Source: Gammaproteobacteria bacterium (GTDB taxonomy: Bacteria; Pseudomonadota; Gammaproteobacteria; JAURND01). From it: a stretch of DNA of 24,000 nt. Position numbers and translations under genes: made by a program. The notes beneath the pieces are model-generated. The model saw only the letters and a program-made list of their open reading frames with translations, made no database searches and was not told the origin of the DNA. The DNA is taken from assembly GCA_029266595.1 (NCBI GenBank), contig JAQSWO010000020.1, forward strand, positions 1-24,000. The letters are read 5' to 3'. The stretch's first letter is position 1. The number at the start of each line of letters is the position of its first letter. Below are positions 1 to 9,510 of this stretch, in pieces.

Positions 1-1861
1 TAGCACGTGTAGCATCAAGGGCAACGAGAGGTGTATATAACCAACCTAACTCTCTCATTTGTTTCAATCGATTCTGCCTATTACCATCACCAGTGTCAGT
101 AAAGCGTGTTCGAATAGGATCAAAAATGGTTGCAAATGCAATGACAGAATCTCCCATCCCCTTCGCACTCTCTTTCATAATGGCGTTTAGGACACCTTTT
201 TTATCCTCATGTTGTAATGCTCTTATATCCGCAGCAGCAATATTTCTTGCCACAGGTCTTACCTGCAAAATTGTCTCTAGCGCTGCTAACCGTTGATAAG
301 TAGTTAACTCCTTAAACAAGGCCTCAATTTGGCCCATTGTAAGCTGAGTTTTATAGTCATCACCGGAACCTGCTAAAGCAATATGCAAGTCTTTGTATTT
401 ACTATCACCGGTCTGGTTGACCAGCGCAATAAGGTCAATGACAGTACTTGAACTCTTGTCTTGCCTCCTCATTTCTTCAAGAACCTTCATCAGCTCGGGA
501 AAGTTTTGATATGCAAAGGTGTCAAGCTGTATCCTTCCACATTCGCTGTTATATTGAGGATCTGAGCTACCCTTTCGTCTCGTACCAAAAGTAATAGTGT
601 TATCACTATTAACACCATAGCCTACATGTTCCATAGGATTTGTCGGCCTGTTATTTGCAGCGGCAACATCAGAAAACTCACTTAATTGATTCGATACTTC
701 GTTATCCAACCGAGATGTATGCCCCAAAAGGTCCTGAAGCTTATACATACAAGTCGTTGCTTGGAGAATTGCGAGACTCATAGGCATTATTTCCTCTAAC
801 TCTTCAGATTTAAGAGGCTTAGTTTGTACAACAGAACCTGAAACTTTAATAAAGTCATTAAATCGCTCATAAACCCTACTTCCCATACCCACACCTTGGA
901 CAGCCACCCACATTGTAGCCGTCTGTGCAAGTGAATAGCCCGTCGTAGCACTAGGAACAACAAGGGAAAAACCTACCACAATCCGAATAATATGAAAGAC
1001 GGTCTTCTTACCTTTACCAGCCATCATTTCACCACTACCTGCGGCGGCAACAACAGAGCTAAATACTATCCAGAAAACACCCAAACCAATGGCAACTACC
1101 CAAGCTGCATTAAAAATACCGATAAGCGACCCTAGTATTTGGTTACCACCACCTGGCAGCACATTCCCAACTACACCAAATACCCTTCCTAACAGAACAA
1201 TTGATAAATCACCTGGATTAGGTGTGAAAAATCCTCTGTCACTATATATTTCCCTGACCCACTCACTTCTACGCTCATCGAAAGTTTCCACCGCTCTGCG
1301 TGTATGATTATGCGCCTTCTCTAAAAGGGCCTTTCTAGCTTGAGCCTCAGCAAGCGCATTCCTATCACAGAGCGCGCCATTACCGTCGGGTGCAAGTCTG
1401 ATAACTCGCTTGTATACATAACGGGTCTGCTTTACCCTTGTATCACTTTGTACTTTGAATGGTTTGCTGGTATCACCGATGATCTCTAGAGGCGTAGCCA
1501 ATGCTCCCTGGTGTTTCCTTCTCTCCTCATCTAACCACTTCAATAAGCCATCACGTTTGTCCCAGAGATCGCAAATAGCCTTAGCATCATTATACACTTT
1601 TGTTGTGTCTGCTAATTCTTTGGAGATAGCTGCGTGGTACGCTGCTAACTGGTCCTTATCCTTGATGCTATTCAAATACCTCTCAAGGTCAGCTCCTCCT
1701 CGCCCATCTAAATCAGTAATGCCTCTTTCTGCCATTATTCTATCTAACGCTGAACCGCCGGCGCTTGGGTTCGATGAAAACTGAGCAAAAGCAGCAGATA
1801 GCGGTAAAACAAGTAACAAGATGGAGAAGGCTAATGCCTTTAGTTTAAATGTTTTTTTCAT
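1..1861 (-). CDS. dotA: DotA-like Dot/Icm type IVB secretion membrane protein, C-terminal part beyond window edge
   Basis: Minus-strand frame open from ATG at 1861..1859 to the left edge (not in the ORF track because it is truncated). Starts MKKTFKLKALAFSILLLVLPLSAAFAQF (signal peptide) and contains a hydrophobic ...RIVVGFSLVVPTTSGYSLAQTATMWVAVQGVG... segment typical of DotA/TraY. Start codon overlaps the icmV stop (TAATG), the icmV-dotA arrangement known in Legionella. Confidence 0.88.
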   Translation of the reverse strand, partial: MKKTFKLKALAFSILLLVLPLSAAFAQFSSNPSAGGSALDRIMAERGITDLDGRGGADLERYLNSIKDKDQLAAYHAAISKELADTTKVYNDAKAICDLWDKRDGLLKWLDEERRKHQGALATPLEIIGDTSKPFKVQSDTRVKQTRYVYKRVIRLAPDGNGALCDRNALAEAQARKALLEKAHNHTRRAVETFDERRSEWVREIYSDRGFFTPNPGDLSIVLLGRVFGVVGNVLPGGGNQILGSLIGIFNAAWVVAIGLGVFWIVFSSVVAAAGSGEMMAGKGKKTVFHIIRIVVGFSLVVPSATTGYSLAQTATMWVAVQGVGMGSRVYERFNDFIKVSGSVVQTKPLKSEELEEIMPMSLAILQATTCMYKLQDLLGHTSRLDNEVSNQLSEFSDVAAANNRPTNPMEHVGYGVNSDNTITFGTRRKGSSDPQYNSECGRIQLDTFAYQNFPELMKVLEEMRRQDKSSSTVIDLIALVNQTGDSKYKDLHIALAGSGDDYKTQLTMGQIEALFKELTTYQRLAALETILQVRPVARNIAAADIRALQHEDKKGVLNAIMKESAKGMGDSVIAFATIFDPIRTRFTDTGDGNRQNRLKQMRELGWLYTPLVALDATRA

Positions 1862-2319
1862 TATTTATTTCCTCGACTAAAGGTGTAATTTCTCCAATCT
1901 TTGAATGTCAGTCCTAAGGTACGTTGAGACATCTGGACGTACCAAAAATGTTCTCTATATGCAAAAGCCAATGCGACGAATACCAAAACAGCCGCAACAA
2001 ACACACCCAAAAATACCCCAGTAAAAAGCAAATAAATCAAGTAGATGAATAGACCCACTGCCATAACTAAATAAAACACACTCATTTTCAAAAACTCTTT
2101 CCGTTTATTTATTAAGTCTTGCTCAGAGAGACCTAATCTGGCTTTTGCCTCTTCAAAGCTTTCCTGGACAGCTGCTTCTTTTTGGACAGGTGTGATAGCA
2201 GCCTTTGTCATGCCGGATAAATTTTGATAGCTACTTTTCAGCTCTTTCCATCCTAAAAAAGTAGGGATGTTGACGAAAGGCTTAAAAGGACGACCTAGTG
2301 CTCTAAATATTTTTTTCAC
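1861..2319 (-). CDS. icmV: IcmV-like type IVB secretion protein (GTG start)
   Basis: 152 aa, two central hydrophobic segments followed by FAYREHFWYVQMSQRTLGLTFKDW, resembling Legionella IcmV; lies immediately upstream of dotA; SD-like GAGG before GTG. Confidence 0.82.
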   Translation of the reverse strand: MKKIFRALGRPFKPFVNIPTFLGWKELKSSYQNLSGMTKAAITPVQKEAAVQESFEEAKARLGLSEQDLINKRKEFLKMSVFYLVMAVGLFIYLIYLLFTGVFLGVFVAAVLVFVALAFAYREHFWYVQMSQRTLGLTFKDWRNYTFSRGNK

Positions 2320-2370
2320 AATCTAACCTCGAAAGATGAATGGTTGCATTCCTCTATGCGTAATGTTGGC

Positions 2371-2376
2371 ATTATA
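2371..2376 (-). promoter_or_regulatory. putative -10 box (TATAAT) of the icmV-dotA operon
   Basis: Perfect TATAAT on the minus strand 12 nt downstream of the PmrA-like direct repeat and about 52 nt upstream of the icmV GTG. Confidence 0.6.
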
Positions 2377-2386
2377 CAGTGCTTAA

Positions 2387-2403
2387 ATTAAGAAAATATT
2401 AAG
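2387..2403 (-). promoter_or_regulatory. PmrA-like box CTTAAT-ATTTT-CTTAAT upstream of icmV-dotA
   Basis: Exact 6-bp direct repeat with 11-bp period on the minus strand, matching the YTTAAT-N5-YTTAAT pattern described for PmrA regulons. Confidence 0.65.
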
Positions 2404-2527
2404 CAACACCGCAGAAAGGAGGTAGCGCTCTTTAATTACTCTATTATAGATCAATTAGATAAAAAATAAGCACTTATTCAAGGAATAATAAGATAATTTG
2501 AGGGAAAGGAGGGCTGCTGGCAGTTCA

Positions 2528-2866
2528 CTAGTCGTACATAAGTTCATCTAGAGAAACAGCGCTTTTAGATGGCGCAAGCTTAATAATTTCGAATAAAACA
2601 TCCATAATACACATTAACCTTAGGACACGCGGCGTTGTTTCATCAAAGTTAACCGTGATGCCCAACAAAGTTTTTTCAGTTTCAGTAAATGTTGCACCAA
2701 TACCGTATCCTAGACATAAAGATGCCAACTGATCAGCACGACGCGCCAAACCTGGCAAAAGACCTGTCACCGAGAATACCTCTTTTTCAGCAATCATATT
2801 GCCGTTAAACGTATATTTAACTCCCTGAGACTCAGAAAATGCGATTAATTGTTTAGCGATATCCAT
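2528..2866 (-). CDS. icmS: IcmS-like type IVB secretion chaperone/adaptor
   Basis: 112 aa; FSVTGLLPGLARRADQLASLCLGYGIGAT...LLGITVNFDETTPRVLRLMCIMDV...LDELMYD matches the characteristic IcmS core and C-terminus. Confidence 0.9.
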   Translation of the reverse strand: MDIAKQLIAFSESQGVKYTFNGNMIAEKEVFSVTGLLPGLARRADQLASLCLGYGIGATFTETEKTLLGITVNFDETTPRVLRLMCIMDVLFEIIKLAPSKSAVSLDELMYD

Positions 2867-3029
2867 ATAAATTCCTCTTAACTTTTAAAAGATTTCACTC
2901 ATACTAACTATTAAGCAAGTCATAGGAAACATGGATAGATATTCCACGAGCTTGTTTATAATATAGCGACCTTTTTTGAATTTTTGCCGTACTCACTTTG
3001 CCTTTTCGAGAGCCTTAAGCGGAAAATGC

Positions 3030-3290
3030 CTACATCCACCAAGGGATGGCAGCTTTCCTTTTCCCAGCTAGCATTGAGCGAAACCACCGTGAAAATACCG
3101 CAATGGTGAAACCATAGTAATCCAAAATAGCAAAAAATATTGTCACCGATAAGGCAATGGCAATCGTCCAAAGCCTGAGGTGTAGCAAACAAAAAATGAC
3201 GGGGAATACAGCACGCGCGTCTACAAAGAACAACTTAGGATAACGCGCAGAATCACGCCAACTGGCATCTGGTGAAGGAGGATGAATCAT
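3030..3290 (-). CDS. icmT: IcmT-like type IVB secretion protein
   Basis: 86 aa; W..SAR.P..FFVDARAVFP...YYGFTIAVFSRWFRSMLAGKRKAAIPWWM matches IcmT; adjacent to icmS as in the Legionella icmTS pair. Confidence 0.9.
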   Translation of the reverse strand: MIHPPSPDASWRDSARYPKLFFVDARAVFPVIFCLLHLRLWTIAIALSVTIFFAILDYYGFTIAVFSRWFRSMLAGKRKAAIPWWM

Positions 3291-3488
3291 ATTGGAACCT
3301 CAAAGTAGTAAAGGATCAGCCTAAAGCCTCTGACAAGGATTCTAGCAGCTGAAAAGAATCCCCGCCATTTATGCAGATTTTTTCTGGCTATCTTTCTTAT
3401 TCATTTTTTTTCAACAAAGGTGTACCCTAAGCAGCGCAAAGGGAAGCACATGAGCCTACCTGCCCTTACATTAACCCAAAGGACACGC

Positions 3489-4031
3489 ATGAAAAGACAA
3501 TATGTGACGCTATTGGCGTTCATAACTGCTGCCATAACCCTACTTTCAGGATGTTCAAACAGACCACCATCAACGAACATTTACTATCCGACTGATAGCG
3601 CCTCAGAAAACGCACAAAACAAACTCGCCGAAGCTGCTGTATCCACTAGCAGCTCCTTGACTAGACTCGCCGCGATTGAAAAAGCCACTCACCCCAGCGG
3701 AAAACTTTCTCCACCGATGAGTGTTGATCAAATGAACCGAGTTGGCCTGGGCGCATTAACCTCTATTGATTGGACAGGCCCAATAGAACCCTTGGTCAAA
3801 GAATTAGCGCGCATTAGCCATTACAAATTCCGTGTGCTCGGAAAACGTCCTGCTATACCCGTGTTAGTTGCGACATACGCTGTAAACATGCCAGTTGGCG
3901 ACATCTTAAGAGATGCTGACTATCAAGCAGGTAATAAGGCAGACGTCATTATTTATACTAACCATAGGACCATAGAATTACGCTACCGCCATGGCGATAT
4001 GGGTTCCCGCGGCCACGTAAGGTGGAAATAG
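3489..4031 (+). CDS. dotD: DotD-like outer-membrane lipoprotein of type IVB secretion system
   Basis: Start chosen at 3489 (track start 3420) because AAAGGA lies just upstream and MKRQYVTLLAFITAAITLLSGC gives a lipoprotein signal with lipobox; followed by dotC and dotB. Confidence 0.85.
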   Translation: MKRQYVTLLAFITAAITLLSGCSNRPPSTNIYYPTDSASENAQNKLAEAAVSTSSSLTRLAAIEKATHPSGKLSPPMSVDQMNRVGLGALTSIDWTGPIEPLVKELARISHYKFRVLGKRPAIPVLVATYAVNMPVGDILRDADYQAGNKADVIIYTNHRTIELRYRHGDMGSRGHVRWK

Positions 4032-4091
4032 AAACACAAAAATTTGAGATAATAAAAGAGATTGCACAAGCCTTCTTCATAGGGAAAACTC

Positions 4092-4940
4092 ATGCGTAAA
4101 AGCCATCACATACTTACTATTATGATGCTATGCCTCGTCATGCTGCTTACCGCCTGCTCCAGCAAAAGACCCAAAGGCCCGATGAGCGAACTCAATGGCT
4201 ACCCTTCTTCCAAAGAAAGTAGTACCGGAATCTCCCAAATCCGCATGGGAGCTCTACAGGAAACCGCAACCACAACTGGTGCTCAAAGTGCTTTAAGTTG
4301 GGAGTCACAACGTATCAACAAATTTCTCGAGCAAGATGCCCATCGTTTGAGCAAAGCTTTTAATTTCCAAGCACTGGTTTTGGAGAACAACGTACTGCCC
4401 CCTGTTCTTTCAGAGGGCAGAAATGCACTTAACCTCGATGATTCAGAAACCGTTCGATTAGCAGATCAAGTCTATAAAATAGAAAGCCCGCCTAGATTTG
4501 TGACAGCTGCTCCCAGTTGGCGTGAGTATTTGTGGATGAACTACGAAAAGCCTGAAAAACCTAATTCCAGCTTACTACCTAGAGATGATGAAGAGCGGAA
4601 AGTATGGAATATCGCTGTTATGAAGGGTTGGGAAGAGGGTATCAAACAAGCTAATCAAATTTTCTCTGCCAATATGGGCCGCATGAAACGCGACTATAAT
4701 GGCATGGTTCTCTATCGTGTATTGCTTGCACAAAAAATGGTGACAGCGCCCTATGTGGCCAAAACAGAGATGGGCGTAACAGGTGACGCCAAAGAATTAC
4801 GCATTAACGACCAAGTGTTACGCATCACAGCAACTTCCAGGCTTGTACCTGACAGCAAGCAGTGGAGATCCGTGGCAGTTCCCGGCGTAGAAGGTGTATG
4901 GCGCACGCAAGGAACACAAGGAACAAAAACACTACAATGA
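4092..4940 (+). CDS. dotC: DotC-like lipoprotein of type IVB secretion system
   Basis: 282 aa, lipobox LLTAC; contains ESPPRFVTAAPSWREYLWMNYEKPEKPNSSLLPRDDEERKVWNIAVMKGWEEGIKQANQIFSANMGRMKRDYNGMVLYRVLLAQKMV, a DotC signature region. Confidence 0.92.
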   Translation: MRKSHHILTIMMLCLVMLLTACSSKRPKGPMSELNGYPSSKESSTGISQIRMGALQETATTTGAQSALSWESQRINKFLEQDAHRLSKAFNFQALVLENNVLPPVLSEGRNALNLDDSETVRLADQVYKIESPPRFVTAAPSWREYLWMNYEKPEKPNSSLLPRDDEERKVWNIAVMKGWEEGIKQANQIFSANMGRMKRDYNGMVLYRVLLAQKMVTAPYVAKTEMGVTGDAKELRINDQVLRITATSRLVPDSKQWRSVAVPGVEGVWRTQGTQGTKTLQ

Positions 4941-6037
4941 GCAATGAATACCAATACCCCAATGAACCTTTACGTTTCACGCCTCGTGATATAGATGAGC
5001 TGCTGACTTTCTGTGCTGAACAACAAGCCTCGGATATTACTTTCCAAACGTCGGAACCCGTCGTAGTAGAAATATATGGCCGCTTACATAAAATCACAAA
5101 AAGAAAACTCACTCATGGTGAAGTGAGCAACATCTTAAATGCTATCTACGGTCCTAACGGTACGACTCAAATTCTTAGTGGAGAAGATGTAGACACACAT
5201 TATGAATTTACCCCCACTCGTGGCCTTCGCTACCGCTTCCGTGTGAACGGTACTGGCTGCCAAGTAGAAGGTCATGCTGGGATACAACTCACTTTACGTA
5301 CCATTCCCACACTACCTCCTGACCTCGCCACATTAAATTTGCCACCCAATATACTGGCAGCACTGACACCCGAAGACGGTGTTGTCTATATCACTGGCGC
5401 AACAGGATCAGGCAAAAGCACTCTACTTGCCTCCATCATCAAAGATATTGCTCAAGACCCTGATAGTCATAGAAAAATATTAACCTATGAGTCACCGATT
5501 GAATTTGTGTTTGATGACATCGAAAAGCCCTCCACTGTTATTAGCCAATCGGAAATTCCAAGGCACCTTCCCTCTTTTGCTGCAGGCGTCCGTAATGCAC
5601 TGAGACGAAAACCAAGACTCATCCTTGTGGGAGAATCACGAGATGCTGAAGCACTTACGGGACATCCTGTCTATACGACCTTACACAGCAACGGTGTAGC
5701 GGAAACTATTCGTAGATTGGTCGGAAGCTTTCCAAGCGATGAGAGAGTTGGCAGAACTATTGACATCATCGAAACAATTCGACTCATTATCTGGCAAAAA
5801 TTAGTGCCCACTGTAGATGGCAAGCGCGTTGCCTTAAGAGAATATTTAATTTTTGATGAAGGCGTGCGAGATAAACTACTTTCCATTGACCCCACAGCTG
5901 TCACAGCTAAAACTAGAGAACTAGTTAGGGAATATGGACAAACCATGCTGACAGACGTGGAGAAAAAATTCAGCGAAGGCGTCATCTCAGAACAAACCTA
6001 CACGATGCTCAGCAAAGGGTTGAAGCTGATTGGCTAA
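4937..6037 (+). CDS. dotB: DotB-like secretion ATPase (PilT/VirB11-like), with an apparent internal in-frame deletion
   Basis: Real start ATG 4937 (track start 4862), overlapping the dotC stop (ATGA). 366 aa with ASDITFQTSEPV, Walker A GATGSGKST, LTYESPIEFVFDDIE, ISQSEIPRHLPSFAAGVRNALRRKPRLILVGESRD, TGHPVYTTLHSNGVAETIRRL. Confidence 0.93.
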   Translation: MSNEYQYPNEPLRFTPRDIDELLTFCAEQQASDITFQTSEPVVVEIYGRLHKITKRKLTHGEVSNILNAIYGPNGTTQILSGEDVDTHYEFTPTRGLRYRFRVNGTGCQVEGHAGIQLTLRTIPTLPPDLATLNLPPNILAALTPEDGVVYITGATGSGKSTLLASIIKDIAQDPDSHRKILTYESPIEFVFDDIEKPSTVISQSEIPRHLPSFAAGVRNALRRKPRLILVGESRDAEALTGHPVYTTLHSNGVAETIRRLVGSFPSDERVGRTIDIIETIRLIIWQKLVPTVDGKRVALREYLIFDEGVRDKLLSIDPTAVTAKTRELVREYGQTMLTDVEKKFSEGVISEQTYTMLSKGLKLIG

Positions 6038-6726
6038 TCAGCAAGCTTCTTCCACATATTTCCCCTATACAAGTACGACGGCAAAGCATCTTTTAGGGCA
6101 GTAAAGCGGCCATACTCAAAATCCACCTTTGCAATTCTAGCAATCTCCTTAGCATGGGGGAGGCAGTCGCTATATAACTGAGCCCTCACAGGTATCTGAT
6201 CTTTCAAAACATCAGCGTAGACACTCCAGCCATCTCCTGCAGCAGCACATACCTTTAAAGCATCTCCCGCGAAAGAAAGCTCAGATGGTAGACAACGCCT
6301 TTCGTCTGAAACAATCTGCACAATCGGTTGCACTGTCTTTTGGTAAGTCCCCGTATAAATATCTCCAGCGTAAGCATTCAATGCAACACATATTAATTCT
6401 GCATCGAAGTCTATGTATATTTTCTGGGCGAGTGCTTGCAGAGTAGAAACTGGGAAAATGGGCAGGTCTTTTGAAAATGCGATAGCCTGAGCGACGCTAG
6501 CAGATAGACGCACACCCGTGAAACTGCCCGGACCACGGCCAAATGCAACGCCATCTAATTGAGAAAAAGAGATACCCGCATCAGCAAGGAGGTGTTTGAT
6601 CATGGAGAGAACATGCCGAGACTGTTGACGCAACGCAGGCTCAGATATACTGAATACAAGGTCATCCTGCATCAAGGCGACGGAACATGCCTGCATAGAC
6701 ATGTCGAAGGATAATAAATTTAACAT
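6034..6726 (-). CDS. tsaB: tRNA threonylcarbamoyladenosine biosynthesis protein TsaB
   Basis: 230 aa; N-terminal ACSVAL, GVAFGRGPGSFTGVRLSASVAQAIAF, and C-terminal YLYRGNMWKKL typical of TsaB/YeaZ. Overlaps the dotB 3' end convergently by 4 bp. Confidence 0.9.
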   Translation of the reverse strand: MLNLLSFDMSMQACSVALMQDDLVFSISEPALRQQSRHVLSMIKHLLADAGISFSQLDGVAFGRGPGSFTGVRLSASVAQAIAFSKDLPIFPVSTLQALAQKIYIDFDAELICVALNAYAGDIYTGTYQKTVQPIVQIVSDERRCLPSELSFAGDALKVCAAAGDGWSVYADVLKDQIPVRAQLYSDCLPHAKEIARIAKVDFEYGRFTALKDALPSYLYRGNMWKKLAD

Positions 6727-6787
6727 TGTAACAGCAGCCCATGATGGCTATAGAGAGTTCCCCAGTATTAGATTTTCTGGATCATCA

Positions 6788-6827
6788 CCCTAAACGCGGT
6801 TCGAAAAATTCTTCGCTTCGTTCAGGG
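6788..6827. repeat. short imperfect palindrome CCCTAAACG...CGTTCAGGG
   Basis: 9-nt arms with one mismatch around GCGAAG/TTCG-rich centre, in the gap between tsaB and the following lipoprotein; resembles small REP-like intergenic elements. Confidence 0.35.
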
Positions 6828-6843
6828 CGATGGATAAAACTGA

Positions 6844-7416
6844 CTATTCTTCCTCATCAGTCGAAGGAGAAAGCTCCTTAATAGAAATATTAACACCCGT
6901 TAAACGCGCCAAGCCTGTGGTATTCACACTCGGATAAGTAAATCCGCGCTTCCACATAGGCATAAATCTCAGCAAAACGGTGCCATAGGCTTTATCAACA
7001 TCATAGGGGCTGGCGTCCAAATATAAAACATGCTCCGAGTAGCATGTCGTCACCTTTGTTTTCTGCCGTGGATTGAGGTCAGAAATGATAGAAATTTCCC
7101 GGTGACATTCTCCTTCCCTTATACGGAAATCAACCGGTTGATATGCCTGCAAGTCTGGAGATGGCGGAATTAAGGCACGCCCACCATGAATATTAACTTG
7201 TATAACGGAATTACCTGCCTTTACATACTGCCCCCTCTTAGTATGTTGTGCTCGAGCATAGTTAGCAGATAATTCGGCACGCTGCTCCGGCGTATATGAC
7301 TTCCATTCAGCGTCAGAAATACCCAGCCTACTGGGCCCAACCACTGACGCACAACCAGCAAGAAAGGCAGGCATCACGATAAAAAACAAGAATACATATT
7401 TTTGCAACCGTCTCAT
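6844..7416 (-). CDS. predicted lipoprotein of unknown function
   Basis: 190 aa; MRRLQKYVFLFFIVMPAFLAGCASVVGPS has a signal peptide with lipobox FLAGC. Confidence 0.75.
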   Translation of the reverse strand: MRRLQKYVFLFFIVMPAFLAGCASVVGPSRLGISDAEWKSYTPEQRAELSANYARAQHTKRGQYVKAGNSVIQVNIHGGRALIPPSPDLQAYQPVDFRIREGECHREISIISDLNPRQKTKVTTCYSEHVLYLDASPYDVDKAYGTVLLRFMPMWKRGFTYPSVNTTGLARLTGVNISIKELSPSTDEEE

Positions 7417-7448
7417 ATAACATTCCTAAAGCATTTTAAAGCTAGCAT

Positions 7449-7490
7449 AAAAAAGCCGCCACCCACGTATGTATCTGTGAATAACGGCTT
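7449..7490 (-). terminator. candidate Rho-independent terminator downstream of the Pro/Val/Glu lipoprotein gene
   Basis: Minus strand AAGCCG...CGGCTTTTTT with complementary inner CAC/GTG, ending in a T run. Confidence 0.45.
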
Positions 7491-7563
7491 ATAAACTGAA
7501 AGTCACAAAACGACTTGGATAACACTAAATATGCCGTCATCCAAACCTTTCGTTAATAGATGA

Positions 7564-8136
<573 letters not shown>

Positions 8137-8381
8137 TTACTGATTGGAAAGAACAAGATCGGGAAGGGACAACCTCTCGACCTAACTACCGTCCCGAATC
8201 TATATACAATTACGGTTTGGCAAACGCGCGCATAGTAACAGATAAAATAAATAACGCAAAAAAATATTCACGCAGTCCAGTGTAGTGGCCATCGGGTATA
8301 CATTATAAAAAATCCTCGATAGAATCCGCCCGCTGACACAGCGGCTTACTGCTGTTTAACCACTCTAGGGGGAATAACACC

Positions 8382-9170
8382 GTGGGATTTCTAACTGGGA
8401 AACGAGCATTGATTACTGGCATTTTAAACAACCGCTCCATTGCATATGGTATTGCTGAATCTATGCATCGCGAAGGCGCTGAACTGGCATTTACTTATGT
8501 AAATGATAACTTAAAAAGCCGTGTTGAGGCTGTTGCTGACACATTTGGCTCAAAGATTCTTATCCCCTGCGATGTCAGTGATGATCAGCAAATCATGGAT
8601 GCTTTTAAGCTATTGAAGGCCCATTGGGATGGTTTTGATATCTTGGTCCACTCTATCGCCTACGCACCTGCTGACCAGCTAGAAGGTGACTATATCGACC
8701 GTGTAAATAGGGAAGGTTTTAAGATTGCGCATGATATTAGCAGCTATAGCTTTGCCGCCCTTGCTCAAGCCGCCTATCCTATGATGGAAGGGCGAAAGGC
8801 CGCTATGGTTACCATGACCTATCAAGGCTCTACACGCGTTGTACCAAGCTATAACGTTATGGGTGTTGCCAAAGCAAGTCTCGAAGCCAATATGCGCTAC
8901 ATGGCCAGCAGCCTCGGGCCCAAAGGTATCCGAGTGAACGCAATTTCTGCTGGACCCATCAAGACACTTGCCTCATCAGGCGTTAAAGGGCTGAAGAAAA
9001 TGCTGGACTATCATGAAAAGGTAGCGCCACTTCGAAGGAATATTACTCAACAAGAAGTGGGAGATGCTTCTGCGTTTATTTGTTCAGACCTGGCAGGCGG
9101 CATTACCGGAGAAGTGATACATGTGGACTCCGGCTTCCACTCTATAGCAATGGGAGGCTTAGGAGAGTAA
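8382..9170 (+). CDS. fabI: enoyl-[acyl-carrier-protein] reductase (NADH) FabI (GTG start)
   Basis: 262 aa; [81 protein letters not shown] match FabI over the full length; AGGGGGA upstream. Confidence 0.96.
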   Translation: MGFLTGKRALITGILNNRSIAYGIAESMHREGAELAFTYVNDNLKSRVEAVADTFGSKILIPCDVSDDQQIMDAFKLLKAHWDGFDILVHSIAYAPADQLEGDYIDRVNREGFKIAHDISSYSFAALAQAAYPMMEGRKAAMVTMTYQGSTRVVPSYNVMGVAKASLEANMRYMASSLGPKGIRVNAISAGPIKTLASSGVKGLKKMLDYHEKVAPLRRNITQQEVGDASAFICSDLAGGITGEVIHVDSGFHSIAMGGLGE

Positions 9171-9510
9171 GAAAAAGCTCTCTTATTAAAAAGTGCTGAC
9201 TTTTAGGAAGCACCAAGGCTGTCGATGTACCAGAAGTAATCGTCTACCCCTTGCCACAAGATCGGCAAGAGGTGACTGTTTCTACTAGGGACTGACCTGT
9301 TACAAATATTATGGGTTCTATATCATCAGCAAACCTTCGATCGCACCAATGCGACCGCAGAGCCTACATGGATGTACTCGCAGCGTGCTTGCCTTGATAT
9401 AAATCCATAAGATTTATAATGATAGAGCTTACCTTGCCCTCTCCCCACCTTGCATTCCCACGGAGGACCCTGAGAACGAGAAATCAGATATTACCAACAC
9501 TGAACAAGCC

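Noticed and set aside
93-1784. Plus-strand ORFs 93..296, 1089..1307, 1455..1784
   Set aside because: Antisense to the continuous minus-strand dotA frame, with no recognisable product.
2956-3192. Minus-strand 78-aa ORF overlapping icmT
   Set aside because: Out-of-frame overlap with a confident icmT; no family signature.
9241-9300. Possible 23S rRNA-like or 4.5S/6S RNA fragment (GGTGACTGTTTCTACTAG, TTAGGAAGCACCAAGG)
   Set aside because: Resemblance limited to a few short words; the diagnostic conserved blocks of these RNAs are absent.
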